From assembly GCA_964291235.2 (NCBI GenBank), contig OZ219816.1:832001-896000 (forward strand): a DNA stretch of 64,000 bases, given 5' to 3'. The notes under the pieces were generated by a model. The model was not told the DNA's origin. It saw only the letters and a program-made list of their open reading frames with translations, and searched no databases. Both the position numbers and the translations under genes were made by a program. Below are positions 1 to 10,258 of the stretch, in pieces. The stretch is from Vicinamibacteria bacterium (GTDB lineage: Bacteria > Acidobacteriota > Vicinamibacteria > Marinacidobacterales > Marinacidobacteraceae). The stretch's first letter is position 1. Every line of letters begins with the position of its first letter.

Positions 1-858
1 CTCTTGCAGGGCTCGGAAGGACTCCTCGTAGTCGCAGCCGTCGCATCCCACCACCTTGAGGTCGGGGAAGCTGGCGGCGAGGGGTGCGATGTTCCCGCCG
101 GCTGTCTGGTGTTCCACGGGGACCGAGATGGCGTACCCGTTGTCCTGGATCAGGAACACGACGGGCAATCGCCGCAGCGAGGCACTGTTGAGCGCCTCCC
201 AGAACTCACCTTCGCTGGTGGCGCCGTCGCCACCGCTGACGAGCACCAGGCCGTCCCCGTTGGGGGCCGCCGGGAGTCCCGGGAGGCGGTGGCGGCTCAG
301 GTAGCGCTCGGCGTACGCCAAACCGACAGCGTGCAGGAACTGCGTCCCCACGCAACTCGAGTGCACGGTGAGGCCAAGCGACGGCTTCGAAAAATGCGAC
401 GGCATCTGGCGCCCACCCGAAGAGGGATCCGCAGCGGCGCCCCAGGAAGCCGCCAGTTGCTCGAGGGGGGTAAGTCCGAGGCCGGTGGCGAGGGCGCGGT
501 CCCGGTAGTAGGCGAACACCCAGTCGGTCTTCGGCCGCAGCAGAGTTGCGGCGGCGGCGGTGATCGCCTCGTGGCCGGCGGAACTGACCTGGAAGAAGGC
601 CTTGTTCTGCCGCTTCATGGCGATCTCCCGAAGATCCACCTCCCGCGAGGTGAGCATCACCCGGTAGGCGGCCCGCAGTTCCTCGGGGCTAAGCGCAGGA
701 GTGTCTTCGGGTTCGCTCTCCGCCACGCGATCGTGACCGTTTCCGGCCTCGCCGATGTGCGTGCGGCGCCGCTCGCCGGACTCCGCAGCGGACCCGGAAG
801 CCTCGCGCTCCGCGCCAGCGTCCCTTCCGTTCGAGCGCGGGAGATCGGCGTCCGACAT
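1..858 (-). CDS. 2-oxoacid (branched-chain/pyruvate) dehydrogenase E1 component, TPP-dependent; runs off the window edge
   Basis: Hand translation from ATG at 858: MSDADLPR...LRAAYRVMLTSREVDLREIAMKRQNKAFFQVSSAGHEA...DWVFAYYRDRA...SGGDGATSEGEFWEALN...FLIQDNGYAISVP (GDG...N TPP motif). Absent from the ORF track because there is no stop inside the window. Confidence 0.9.
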   Translation of the reverse strand, partial: MSDADLPRSNGRDAGAEREASGSAAESGERRRTHIGEAGNGHDRVAESEPEDTPALSPEELRAAYRVMLTSREVDLREIAMKRQNKAFFQVSSAGHEAITAAAATLLRPKTDWVFAYYRDRALATGLGLTPLEQLAASWGAAADPSSGGRQMPSHFSKPSLGLTVHSSCVGTQFLHAVGLAYAERYLSRHRLPGLPAAPNGDGLVLVSGGDGATSEGEFWEALNSASLRRLPVVFLIQDNGYAISVPVEHQTAGGNIAPLAASFPDLKVVGCDGCDYEESFRALQE

Positions 859-1057
859 GTCAGAACCTGGCCCCCCCGGCGGATCGCAACTCACACGAGG
901 CCCTACGTTGGAGGCCAAGCAACGCGATCCGAGCCATCAGGGAGGGCTAAAAATCTTAGCAGAGCGCCGGTGTCCGCAGCGCCGCCGCGTACCCCGAGGT
1001 GGCCGGGGGAGTCGGATCCCCCCGAAAGGGACGACGCCGGCCGGAAGGCCGGTGCTC

Positions 1058-1408
1058 CTACCGCGCGAGGGCCTCGCCCGGCTTCTTCTTGTACTGGCGG
1101 TACTCGTAGGTCCGGTCGCGCTCTTCAGTCAGCCGGATCCCTTCGTCGTGGGGGAACATGTGGATGGCGTCGTAGTCGGGCGGGCAGAATTTCGCGCAGA
1201 GCTGGCAGCCGATGCAGGTCTCGACGTTCACTTCGCAGACCTGCCCCACCGAGCGGGGCTCGGGATCGGGCACCAGGATGATGCAGTCCTTGACCGGACA
1301 GACGGCGATGCACATTTCGCAGCCGCGACCAAAACACTTACCGGCATCCACGTAGGCGAGGATCTTCGGCTGGCGCTTTCGGGGCCCGGTGATCAGCACG
1401 TCCTGCAT
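1058..1408 (-). CDS. 4Fe-4S dicluster ferredoxin-like protein
   Basis: Two Cys clusters (CFGRGCEMCIAVCP; CIGCQLCAKFCP). Start placed at ATG 1408. Confidence 0.85.
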   Translation of the reverse strand: MQDVLITGPRKRQPKILAYVDAGKCFGRGCEMCIAVCPVKDCIILVPDPEPRSVGQVCEVNVETCIGCQLCAKFCPPDYDAIHMFPHDEGIRLTEERDRTYEYRQYKKKPGEALAR

Positions 1409-1433
1409 GTCCCGAAAGCGTATCATTCCGAAC
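1409..1433. promoter_or_regulatory. Overlapping divergent -10 elements (bidirectional, near-leaderless promoter)
   Basis: TATCAT (+, 1421-1426) is 7 nt before GTG 1434. TGaTACGCT (-, hexamer 1422-1417) is 8 nt before ATG 1408. Confidence 0.55.
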
Positions 1434-2765
1434 GTGCCGATCGCCGAAGACTCCGTCCAACCGGCGGAACCCGGGGAACTCACGCCTTCGAGCGCCAAGC
1501 TGCCACCCCCCGGTATCCACTACCGCCGCGGCCTGGGACTCCGAAAGGAGATCATCGAGCCCGTTACCGAGGACTACCGCGGCCATCTGGTCCGGTTTGC
1601 CCGAGATCACGACTATCGGATTCGGGCCGGCGACCTCGTCTTCCAGATCGCCCACGAGTTCGGGTTCTGCTACGGGGTGGACCGGGCGATCGAGTACGCC
1701 TACGAAGCCCGCCTCCGCTTCCCCGACCACCGGATCTACCTGACCGGAGAGATCATCCACAACCAGTACGTGAACCGGCGGTTGTCCGAGTTCGGGATCC
1801 GGTTGATCGAAGACGATGTGTCGCCCGAAGCGAAGTTCGCCGCCGTCGGTCCCCAGGACGTGGTGCTGCTCCCGGCCTTCGGGGTGCCGACACCGGAGCT
1901 CGACGTGTTGCGCCGGAAGGGCTGCATCCTGGTGGACACCACCTGCGGTTCGGTGATGAACGTGTGGAAGAACGTGGACCGGTACAAGCGTGACGGTTTT
2001 ACGTCCGTCGTCCACGGCAAATCCGCCCACGAGGAGACCAAGGCCACGACCTCCCGGGCGGGCGCCTACCTGGTCGTCCGCGACATGGCCGAGGCCCGGG
2101 AGGTCTGCCGCTACATCGAAGCCGGTGGCGCGCCGGGCAGTCCGGGCGAGGACGCGGGCGGAGGCCCCGCGCCGCTCGGCCGGCAGGGGTTTCTCGAACA
2201 TTTCGCCCCGTCCGTGTCTCCCGGTTTCGATCCGGATCGCGACCTGGGCAGAATCGGTCTCGCGAACCAGACCACCATGCTCGCCAGCGAATCTCTCGAG
2301 ATCGCGGCGGTCCTGCGCGATTCGATGGCGCGCCGCTATGGGGAAGATGAGGTGGCCGCCAGGTTCCGCTCGTTCGACACGATCTGCAGCGCCACTCAGG
2401 AACGCCAGGACGCGGTTCTCGAACTCCTCCAGGAGAATCTCGATCTCGTGCTGGTGGTCGGCGGCTTCAATTCCTCGAACACCGCGAACCTGGCCGCGAT
2501 CTGCGACCGGAAGTTTCCGAGCTACCACATCTCCGGCCCCGAGTGCCTGCTGTCCGCCGACGAAATCCGTTGCCGGCCCGCCCCCGGGACGGGCCAGGGA
2601 ACGGAGCCGGTGGTGCGGCGGGGCTGGTTGCCCGCGGGGCCGCTGCGCGTCGGGTTGACCTCCGGAGCCTCGACCCCGGACGTGATGGTCCACCGCACCA
2701 TCCTCCGGGTCCTGGAATTCCGGGGAATGACCGAGGACGACTGCCGCGCCGACGAATCGTTCTGA
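1434..2765 (+). CDS. ispH: 4-hydroxy-3-methylbut-2-enyl diphosphate reductase
   Basis: FGFCYGVDRA, EIIHN, VDTTC, NQTT, DTICSATQERQ, GGFNSSNT and SGASTP motifs. GTG 1434 start is inferred. Confidence 0.93.
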   Translation: MPIAEDSVQPAEPGELTPSSAKLPPPGIHYRRGLGLRKEIIEPVTEDYRGHLVRFARDHDYRIRAGDLVFQIAHEFGFCYGVDRAIEYAYEARLRFPDHRIYLTGEIIHNQYVNRRLSEFGIRLIEDDVSPEAKFAAVGPQDVVLLPAFGVPTPELDVLRRKGCILVDTTCGSVMNVWKNVDRYKRDGFTSVVHGKSAHEETKATTSRAGAYLVVRDMAEAREVCRYIEAGGAPGSPGEDAGGGPAPLGRQGFLEHFAPSVSPGFDPDRDLGRIGLANQTTMLASESLEIAAVLRDSMARRYGEDEVAARFRSFDTICSATQERQDAVLELLQENLDLVLVVGGFNSSNTANLAAICDRKFPSYHISGPECLLSADEIRCRPAPGTGQGTEPVVRRGWLPAGPLRVGLTSGASTPDVMVHRTILRVLEFRGMTEDDCRADESF

Positions 2766-2820
2766 CCGGGATTCGCCGGCGGGACGCCGGGCAGACACGC
2801 GCGGGAAGTAGCTGACGCGG

Positions 2821-4911
2821 ATGCCATCCGGTCCCTCCCGCTACGCCGGACCCGCCGAGCGGGCCGCCCCCTACGCCCGTCCCGGCCTCCCTCCGCCGCA
2901 GTCCGCGCGTCCCTTCCGGGTGGTGAGTCCGTTCGAGCCCCGGGGCGACCAGCAGCAGGCGATCCACCAGCTCGTCGAGGGGCTCGAGCGTGGCGACCCC
3001 AACCAGGTACTGCTCGGCGTCACCGGTTCCGGCAAGACGTTCTCCGTGGCCCGCGTGATCGAGGCGGTCAACCGCCCCGCACTCGTCATCGCGCACAACA
3101 AGACGCTGGCGGCCCAGCTCTACCAGGAGTTCCGGAGCTTTTTCCCGGACAACGCCGTCGAGTATTTCGTCAGCTACTACGACTACTACCAGCCCGAGGC
3201 CTACGTGCCGGCGAGCGACACCTATATCGAGAAGGAGGCGACCATCAACGACGAAATCGATCGCCTTCGGCTGTCGGCCACCCGGTCGCTGTTCGAGCGC
3301 CGGGACGTGCTGATCGTCGCCAGTGTTTCGTGCATCTACGGCCTCGGATCACCGGAGGCGTACTACGGGATGCTCCTGGTGTTCGAGGAAGGGGCCGAGT
3401 TCCCGTCCCGGCAGGCTCTCCTCCGCAAACTGGTTGAAATGCAGTACGAGCGCAACGACGCCTCGCTCGAACGAGGACGGTTCCGGGTGCGGGGAGACAC
3501 CGTGGAGATCGTGCCCGGGTACGAGGATCTCGGCCTGCGGGTGCGCCTCTTCGGCGACGAGGTGGAGCGGGTGGCTCGTTTCGACCCCCTCACCGGGCGT
3601 GAGCTGGGGCGAGAGAGCCGGGCGACGCTCTTCCCGCGCACCCACTACGTGGCCCGGGAAGAAGACCTGGCCCGGGCGCTCGTCACCATTCGGGAGGAAC
3701 TCGACGAGCACCATCCCAAGCTTGTCCAGGAAGGAAAGCTGCTCGAGGCGCAGCGACTGATGCAGCGGACCCTTTTCGACCTGGACATGCTCGCCGAAGC
3801 CGGCCACTGTCACGGCATCGAGAACTACTCGCGCCACTTCACCGGGCGCGCGCCCGGAGAGCCGCCTCCGACCCTGATGGACTACCTGCCGGGGGATGCG
3901 TTGATCGTGGTGGACGAGAGCCACCAGACCTATCCGCAGGTCCGCGGCATGTTCGCGGGAGACCAGGCGCGGAAGCGGACCCTGGTCGAGCACGGTTTCC
4001 GGCTCCCCTCGGCGCTCGACAACCGTCCGCTCTCCTTCGAGGAATGGGAGGAGCGGGTAGGGCAGGCAATCTCGGTCTCGGCAACCCCGGGGCCCTATGA
4101 GCTCGACGCCACTGACGGCGTCGTGGTGGAGCAGATCATCCGTCCCACGGGATTGCTCGATCCCGAGGTCGAGGTGCGGCCCGCGGGGGACCAGGTGGAC
4201 GATCTGCTGGGAGAGATCCGCGAGACCGTGGCCCGGGGGGAACGGGTGCTCGTCACCACCCTGACCAAGCGGATGGCCGAGGACCTTTCCGAGTATTACC
4301 ACGAGCTCGGGGTCCGCTGCCGCTACCTGCACTCGGACATCGACACCCTCGAAAGGGTGCAGCTCCTGCGCTCGCTCCGGCTGGGCGAGTTCGACGTGCT
4401 GATCGGGATCAACCTGTTGCGCGAGGGGCTCGATCTGCCGGAGGTATCCCTGGTGGCCATCCTGGATGCGGACCGCGAGGGATACCTCCGCTCCGAGGGA
4501 GCGTTGATCCAGACCATGGGCCGGGCTGCGCGACACGCCAGCGGCCGGTCCATCCTCTACGCCGACCACGAAACCGGCTCCATGAAGCGGGCGCTCGGCG
4601 AAACCCGCCGCCGGCGGGCGCTCCAGCAGGCGTTCAACGAGGAGCACGGCATCGTGCCGCAGACGGTCGTCAAGGACGTGGCCGAGGCGTTCGCTCCCGC
4701 ATCGGCCGGAACGGCGGCGGCCGAGGAGGACGACTGGGATCGGGCCATGGGTCTCTTGGAGCCGCCGCCGGAGGGTTCCGAGGCGCTCGAACGGGAAATC
4801 GCGCGGCTCCGCAAGGAAATGAAGAAGGCGGCGCGCGATCTGGAGTTCGAACGCGCGGCGCGGCTGCGCGACCATTTGCGCGAGTTGCAGCACGGAGCGT
4901 TACTCCGGTAG
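2821..4911 (+). CDS. uvrB: Excinuclease ABC subunit B
   Basis: [54 protein letters not shown]-terminal UVR domain. Confidence 0.97.
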   Translation: MPSGPSRYAGPAERAAPYARPGLPPPQSARPFRVVSPFEPRGDQQQAIHQLVEGLERGDPNQVLLGVTGSGKTFSVARVIEAVNRPALVIAHNKTLAAQLYQEFRSFFPDNAVEYFVSYYDYYQPEAYVPASDTYIEKEATINDEIDRLRLSATRSLFERRDVLIVASVSCIYGLGSPEAYYGMLLVFEEGAEFPSRQALLRKLVEMQYERNDASLERGRFRVRGDTVEIVPGYEDLGLRVRLFGDEVERVARFDPLTGRELGRESRATLFPRTHYVAREEDLARALVTIREELDEHHPKLVQEGKLLEAQRLMQRTLFDLDMLAEAGHCHGIENYSRHFTGRAPGEPPPTLMDYLPGDALIVVDESHQTYPQVRGMFAGDQARKRTLVEHGFRLPSALDNRPLSFEEWEERVGQAISVSATPGPYELDATDGVVVEQIIRPTGLLDPEVEVRPAGDQVDDLLGEIRETVARGERVLVTTLTKRMAEDLSEYYHELGVRCRYLHSDIDTLERVQLLRSLRLGEFDVLIGINLLREGLDLPEVSLVAILDADREGYLRSEGALIQTMGRAARHASGRSILYADHETGSMKRALGETRRRRALQQAFNEEHGIVPQTVVKDVAEAFAPASAGTAAAEEDDWDRAMGLLEPPPEGSEALEREIARLRKEMKKAARDLEFERAARLRDHLRELQHGALLR

Positions 4912-4952
4912 GGAGCGGTGCGGCGCGGCGCCTGCCGTGGGAGAATGACCGG

Positions 4953-6314
4953 ATGAGCACCAGTCCGAACGAATCAGCCACCCAGGAGGAAATCCCGCCT
5001 GCCTGTCGGCCTTCCCTGAGTACTGAAGCTATCCGCGAGGCGCACCGCCGTTACGTCCTGCCGGCGGTGCAGACGTTTTATGACGAGCCCATGCCGATCG
5101 TGCGGGGGCAGGGACAGCACGTCTGGGATTCCGACGGCAACCGGTATCTCGACTTCTTCGGCGGCATCCTGACGGTCGGCCTCGGGCACTGCCACCCGGA
5201 GGTGAACCAGGCGGTCCGCGGGCAGCTGGACACCCTCCAGCACGTCACCACCATGTTTCCGAACCAGCCGATGGTGGAACTTGCCGAGCGCCTCGCCCGC
5301 CTCACTCCCGGAGATTGCCGGAAGAGCTTCTTCACGAACTCCGGTACCGAAGCCAACGAGATGGCGCTGCTGATGGCCGAGATGCATACGGGAAACTCCG
5401 AAGTCATCGCCCTCCGCCACGGCTACAGCGGCCGCAGCCGGCTCACCATGGGCGCCACCGGTCAGGCGCCCTGGCGGCTTGGGGCCAGCGCTGCAGCGGG
5501 GGTCCGTCACGTGGCGAACGCCTACTGCTACCGCTGTCCCTTCGGTCTCGAGTACCCATCCTGCGACCTCCGCTGCGCGCGCGACATCGAGGACGTGATC
5601 CAGACCACGACCTCCGGCCGGATCGCCGGGTTCATCGCCGAACCGATCCAGGGTGTCGGCGGGTTCATTACGCCGCCTCCGGGCTATTTCGAGGTGGCCG
5701 TGGAGATCGTGCGGCGCTACGGGGGGGTCTTCATCTGCGACGAGGTCCAGACCGGCTGGGGACGCACCGGCGGCGCCCTGAACGGCATCGACCACTGGGA
5801 CGTGGAGCCGGACATCGTCACCTACGCCAAGGGCCTCGGGAATGGGGTCCCGGTGGGGGCGACGGTCGCCACCGACGAGGTCGCGGGGTCGGTGCGGGGG
5901 AACACCCTTTCCACGTTCGGCGGAAATCCGGTGAGCATGGCGGCCGCCGGAGCGGTACTCGAGATCGTGGAGCGTGAACGCCTCGCGGAGAATGCGGAGC
6001 GCATGGGCGCCCACCTGCGCGCCGGGCTCGAGGAGCTCGCCGAGGCCCATCCGGCGATCGGCGACGTCCGCGGCAAGGGGCTCATGCAGGCGCTCGAGTT
6101 CGTGGAGGACCGGGGGACGAAGACCCCCGACGCGGCGTTCGCCGGCCGGTTCATCCAACACGTCCGGGACGAGGGGCTCCTGATCGGCAAGGGGGGGCTC
6201 TACGGCAACTGCGTGCGGATCTCTCCGCCGCTCAACATCGGGACGTCCGACGTGAGCGACGCCCTGGCGATGCTCGATCGGGCGCTCGCCGCCACGGAGG
6301 CGGAGGCCCGTTGA
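4953..6314 (+). CDS. Class III PLP aminotransferase (AGXT2/GabT-like)
   Basis: YLDFFGG, NSGTEAN, AEPIQGVGG, DEVQTGWGRTG, AKGLGNG, STFGGNP. Confidence 0.9.
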   Translation: MSTSPNESATQEEIPPACRPSLSTEAIREAHRRYVLPAVQTFYDEPMPIVRGQGQHVWDSDGNRYLDFFGGILTVGLGHCHPEVNQAVRGQLDTLQHVTTMFPNQPMVELAERLARLTPGDCRKSFFTNSGTEANEMALLMAEMHTGNSEVIALRHGYSGRSRLTMGATGQAPWRLGASAAAGVRHVANAYCYRCPFGLEYPSCDLRCARDIEDVIQTTTSGRIAGFIAEPIQGVGGFITPPPGYFEVAVEIVRRYGGVFICDEVQTGWGRTGGALNGIDHWDVEPDIVTYAKGLGNGVPVGATVATDEVAGSVRGNTLSTFGGNPVSMAAAGAVLEIVERERLAENAERMGAHLRAGLEELAEAHPAIGDVRGKGLMQALEFVEDRGTKTPDAAFAGRFIQHVRDEGLLIGKGGLYGNCVRISPPLNIGTSDVSDALAMLDRALAATEAEAR

Positions 6315-7492
6315 CCGCCAATGCCCCAGCGGGGCGAGCGGTGGCGGGGCCGCCGCTCGCAGGGGTTCGCGTCCTGGATCTCTCGCGGATCCTGGCGGGT
6401 CCCTACGCGACCATGATGCTCGCGGACCTGGGCGCCGAGGTGATCAAGATCGAGCCTCCCACTGGGGACGACACGCGCACCTGGGGACCGCCGTTCGCCG
6501 GCGGCGAGGCCGCCTACTTCCTCGCCGTCAACCGGGGGAAGAAGAGCGTTGTCCTGAATCTGAAGAGTGCCGAGGGTTCCGAGGCCCTTGCCCGGCTCAT
6601 CGCGTCCAGCGACGTGCTCGTCGAGAACTTCCGACCCGGGACGATGGCGCGCCTCGGGTTTCCACCGGACGAGATCCAGGACCGCCATCCCCGGCTCATC
6701 TGGTGCTCGATCTCCGCCTACGGCCAGTACGGTCCGCTCTCGACGAAGCCCGGCTACGACGCCATCATGCAGGGCGAGGCCGGCTGGATGGGCCTCACCG
6801 GCCCCCCTGAGGGGCCGCCCACCAAGGTGGGAGCTTCGCTCGCGGACATCTGCGCGGGCATGATGGCGAGTTCGGGAATCCTCGCCGCGCTCTTTCGGCG
6901 AGAGCGCGACGGCCGGGGCCGCCGGGTGGACGTGGCGCTGTTTGATTCCGTGGTGGCGACGCTGTGTTACCAGGCCCAGGGATACCTGCTCACCGGCGAG
7001 GAACCCGTGAGGAGCGGCAACAATCACCCGTCGCTGACGCCCTACGAGAGCTTCGAGGCGTCGGACGGGCACGTGATCGTGGGGGTCGGCAACGACGCCC
7101 TGTGGAAGCGGTTCTGCGCCGTCGCCGGTTCCGGCCTCGATCGTCCCGAATACGAGAAAAATCCCGACCGGGTGCGGCGCCGCCCCGAGCTGCGCGCCCT
7201 GCTGGAGCCCGTCTTCCGCTCCCGGGCAGTCGCCGAGTGGGAACGCGTGCTGGACGAAGCCGGTGTTCCGGTGGGACGGGTACGGAGCGTGGGCGAAATC
7301 CTGAACAGTCCGCAGCTCAAGGCCCGCGGCATGCTCGTGGAAGGCGATCACCCGGCAATCGGAGCGCTCAGGATGGTCGGCAATCCGATCCAATTCGACG
7401 GGCAGAACCATTCCGCCGCCCTCCCGCCACCACGGCAGGGCCAGCACACCGAGGAAGTTCTCGCCGACCTCCGGATCCCTCCGATCCGCTGA
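6311..7492 (+). CDS. CaiB/BaiF family class III CoA-transferase
   Basis: LAGVRVLDLSRILAGPY...LADLGAEVIKIE, NRGKKS, ENFRPG, GYDAIMQ. Confidence 0.92.
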   Translation: MTANAPAGRAVAGPPLAGVRVLDLSRILAGPYATMMLADLGAEVIKIEPPTGDDTRTWGPPFAGGEAAYFLAVNRGKKSVVLNLKSAEGSEALARLIASSDVLVENFRPGTMARLGFPPDEIQDRHPRLIWCSISAYGQYGPLSTKPGYDAIMQGEAGWMGLTGPPEGPPTKVGASLADICAGMMASSGILAALFRRERDGRGRRVDVALFDSVVATLCYQAQGYLLTGEEPVRSGNNHPSLTPYESFEASDGHVIVGVGNDALWKRFCAVAGSGLDRPEYEKNPDRVRRRPELRALLEPVFRSRAVAEWERVLDEAGVPVGRVRSVGEILNSPQLKARGMLVEGDHPAIGALRMVGNPIQFDGQNHSAALPPPRQGQHTEEVLADLRIPPIR

Positions 7493-7640
7493 AGGGCCGG
7501 CAGCGCCGCCTGCGCGTTCCGTGCTCCCGTGCGTAAGCGGTGGTGGTGGGGGAGGCGGAGTACGGATCACCGAGGTGGACCCCCGCGCCCCTGACGCGCC
7601 GCGATCGCGCTGCTACCATTGATCCGTTGGGGTGAGGTTA

Positions 7641-7821
7641 AGAGCCTGTGGTGAAACTCACGCGGCATTCGACGCCCGCTGAATCCCCGCTGAACCGCTC
7701 GCCTTCGGCTCGCTCATCGTTGCGCTTCGGTCGAAATACACTCGGCATTCCTCCCTCGCGCGTCTTGTCACCGAGGCCCAGCGGGCGTCTCGGTGCTCAC
7801 GTCAGTTCCACCACAGGCTCT
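7641..7821. mobile_element. 181-bp MITE-like element with 22-bp terminal inverted repeats and TA flanks
   Basis: AGAGCCTGTGGTGAAACTCACG (7641-7662) vs CGTCAGTTCCACCACAGGCTCT (7800-7821), 2 mismatches. TA on both sides (7639-40, 7822-23). Inner IR GACGCCCGCTG/CAGCGGGCGTC. No ORF. Confidence 0.75.
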
Positions 7822-7832
7822 TAGGAGGCGCC

Positions 7833-8777
7833 ATGGAAACGGCAAGAGGAACCGGAGCCGAGCCCCCGGTGCGCCGTTCTGAAGGCTGGCTGGCCGGCCT
7901 CGCGTCCGGGGGTGCGGCGACCAGCCCGGCGGACCCGATCTGGAAACAGCGACCGGCGCTCGCCTCGGCGGCCTTCCACCTGGCGCTCGCAGCTCTGGTT
8001 TTTCTGCCTGGATTCGGTTTGTTCGATTCTTCGGAGGAGCGGATGACGGGCAACCCCATCTTCCAGTTCCGGGTTGCCGGGGGCGAGGGCGCCGGCGGCG
8101 GCGGCGGCGGGGGCGGCAGCCGCGGCGAACGCATCAGCGCCTACATCCCGGTCCGGGTGGAGCGTGCTGCTCCCGAGCCCGAGACCCCGCGCGAGGCGCC
8201 CATTGCGCCGCGGAAACCGCGCCCGTTGCGGTTCGAAGATCTCGAGAATGTCGCGGACCAACCGGATCTCACCAACCTGGTGCTTGGCGGAGTGTTTTCG
8301 CCGCAGGCGGAGGATTTCCCCGGGCTCTCGCTCGATGATTTCGGTGACTACGGGGGGCGGGACACTGCGCCGAGCGCCGGTACGGGGGGAGGCATCGGCG
8401 GCGGCGAGGGGATCGGCACCGGCGAGGGGCAGGGATGGGGAGTCGGCCCCGGATACGGGGGCGGCTCGGGCGGGGGCGCCTACAGCCCCGGGGGCTACGA
8501 CGTGGAGCCGCGCATCCTCTTCGAACCCCCGGAGCCTCCCTATCCCGAGTCGGCCCGCCGCCGGAAAATCACCGGCGAGGTGATGCTCCAGGTTCTGGTG
8601 AAGCTCGACGGATCCACCGAAGTGCTCGGGGTCATCAAGTCCGGGTGCCGCGTCTGCGTCGAAACGGCGCGGAAACACGCGCTCCTCTATCGCTGGAAGC
8701 CGGCGCTCAAGAACGGCAAGCCGGTGGAGGCGATCGGCGTCATCAGCGTCACCTTCGGCCTCCTGCCGACCGGCTGA
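7833..8777 (+). CDS. TonB family energy transducer protein
   Basis: N-terminal TM helix with S-x3-H, Gly-rich linker, C-terminal PPYPESARRRKITGEVMLQVLV...WKPALKNGKPV. GGAGG RBS. Confidence 0.85.
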   Translation: METARGTGAEPPVRRSEGWLAGLASGGAATSPADPIWKQRPALASAAFHLALAALVFLPGFGLFDSSEERMTGNPIFQFRVAGGEGAGGGGGGGGSRGERISAYIPVRVERAAPEPETPREAPIAPRKPRPLRFEDLENVADQPDLTNLVLGGVFSPQAEDFPGLSLDDFGDYGGRDTAPSAGTGGGIGGGEGIGTGEGQGWGVGPGYGGGSGGGAYSPGGYDVEPRILFEPPEPPYPESARRRKITGEVMLQVLVKLDGSTEVLGVIKSGCRVCVETARKHALLYRWKPALKNGKPVEAIGVISVTFGLLPTG

Positions 8778-8791
8778 ATCCGGCATTCGGC

Positions 8792-9331
8792 GTGACATCC
8801 CCGAGCGAGGCGGCCGCGGATCCACCCGAGGTCCTGTCGGCGGCGGTCATCGCCGCCCGGGTGGAATCACTGGCCGGGGAGATCGAGGCGGCGCACGCCG
8901 ATCGAAAGCTGCATCTGTTGGTGGTGCTGCGGGGGGCGTTCGTTTTCGCGGCCGACCTGGCGCGCGCACTCCATTCCCGGGGGATGGAAGTGACCGTGGA
9001 TTTTTGCCGGGTGGCGTCCTATGGAGACGGTACCGAGCCGGGCGTCCCCGCGGTCGAGCTCTATCACCCCGAAACCCTGACCGATCGCGACGTGATGATT
9101 GTCGAGGACATAGTGGACACCGGGTTCGCGCTGGAAGCGCTGATGCGGGCGGTGAAGTCGGCCGGGCCCCGATCCGTCTGTTGCGCGGCGCTGCTCTCCA
9201 AGCCGAACCGCCGCCGGGTGACGATCCAGGCGGACTTCACCGGCTTCATCGTTCCCGACAAGTTCGTGGTGGGCTACGGCCTCGATTACGCCGGCCGCTA
9301 CCGCCATCTCCCCTACGTCGGCTCGCTGTAG
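8792..9331 (+). CDS. hpt: Hypoxanthine phosphoribosyltransferase
   Basis: VLRGAFVFAADL, VASYG, IVEDIVDTG (PRPP site), FVVGYGLDY. GTG start is inferred. Confidence 0.92.
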   Translation: MTSPSEAAADPPEVLSAAVIAARVESLAGEIEAAHADRKLHLLVVLRGAFVFAADLARALHSRGMEVTVDFCRVASYGDGTEPGVPAVELYHPETLTDRDVMIVEDIVDTGFALEALMRAVKSAGPRSVCCAALLSKPNRRRVTIQADFTGFIVPDKFVVGYGLDYAGRYRHLPYVGSL

Positions 9332-9400
9332 GGTCGGCCACGGACCGGGCGGCAGCGCGGGGACACCAAGGAGCGCCGGCCAGGTCTTCCGCTGGGGGCG

Positions 9401-10258
9401 TCAGTCCCCGCGGAATTCCGGTTCCGCCGCCGCCGCGCCGAGTAGGCGCACCAGGCCGGGCACCGCCCGTGCCCCGGCCTCGTTCACGTGCGCCGCATCG
9501 AGCGGGCCTTCCCCGATGCCCGCCGCCAGATTCGAGGCAAACGCCAACCCGGCGAGCCGAATCCCCAGATGCCGGGCGGCGATTGCCTCCAGCACCACCG
9601 ACATTCCGACCACGTCGGCGCCGACCGTCCGCAGCATCCGGATCTCGGCGGGGGTTTCGAACTGCGGCCCCCGGACTCCGCCATAGACCCCGGAAACGAG
9701 GGGCATGCCGATGCGCGCCGCGGCGCGCTCCAGCGCCGTTCCCAGTTCCTCGTCCCAGGCCCGCGTCATGTCCGGGAACCGCGGCTCCGGCCCGGGTTCC
9801 GGCCCTTCGAGCGGGCTGGCTCCCGTCAGGTTCAGGTGGTCGTCAATCCGCAGGAAATCGCCGACCCGGAGGTCCGGATGGATGGCTCCCACCGCGGCGG
9901 TGAGCACCAGGCGCCCGACGCCGAGCGCGCCCAGCAGCCTCACTCCGAAGACGGCCTCCTCCGCGGTCCAACCCTCGTAGAGATGATGCCTGCCGAGTAG
10001 CATGGCGACCGGCAGCGATGTCCCGGCATCGGTGGCCAGCTCGCCCACCACCAACCGGCTGCGGTGCCCCGGCGCCGAGCACTGGGCGAGTCCCGGGATC
10101 TCGGGGTAGGGCAGGGAACGGGCATTCGAGACCGAGTCCGCGGCGCCGGCGAGGCCGGAACCGAAGACGATTCCGACCTCCGGGAAGATGCCGTCTCCGT
10201 ACCACTGGCGCACGGTGGCGGCCGCCTCCCGGAGCCGGGCGGCCGTTTCGACCCTCAC
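9401..10258 (-). CDS. Purine-nucleoside phosphorylase (PunA/XapA type)
   Basis: GIVFGSGL, GRHHLYEG, GPQFETPAE, ADVVGMS, SNLAAG. Confidence 0.9.
   Translation of the reverse strand: MRVETAARLREAAATVRQWYGDGIFPEVGIVFGSGLAGAADSVSNARSLPYPEIPGLAQCSAPGHRSRLVVGELATDAGTSLPVAMLLGRHHLYEGWTAEEAVFGVRLLGALGVGRLVLTAAVGAIHPDLRVGDFLRIDDHLNLTGASPLEGPEPGPEPRFPDMTRAWDEELGTALERAAARIGMPLVSGVYGGVRGPQFETPAEIRMLRTVGADVVGMSVVLEAIAARHLGIRLAGLAFASNLAAGIGEGPLDAAHVNEAGARAVPGLVRLLGAAAAEPEFRGD

Noticed and set aside
4-1281. Long ORFs antisense or frame-shifted over real genes (e.g. 4-1281, 3349-4893, 18918-21479, 21203-23902, 39504-42068, 60281-61978)
   Set aside because: Shadow ORFs expected from high GC and codon bias. 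They have no recognisable motifs and overlap clearly identified genes.
8087-8480. GGC-rich repeats in the TonB gene
   Set aside because: Explained by the glycine-rich linker typical of this protein type.
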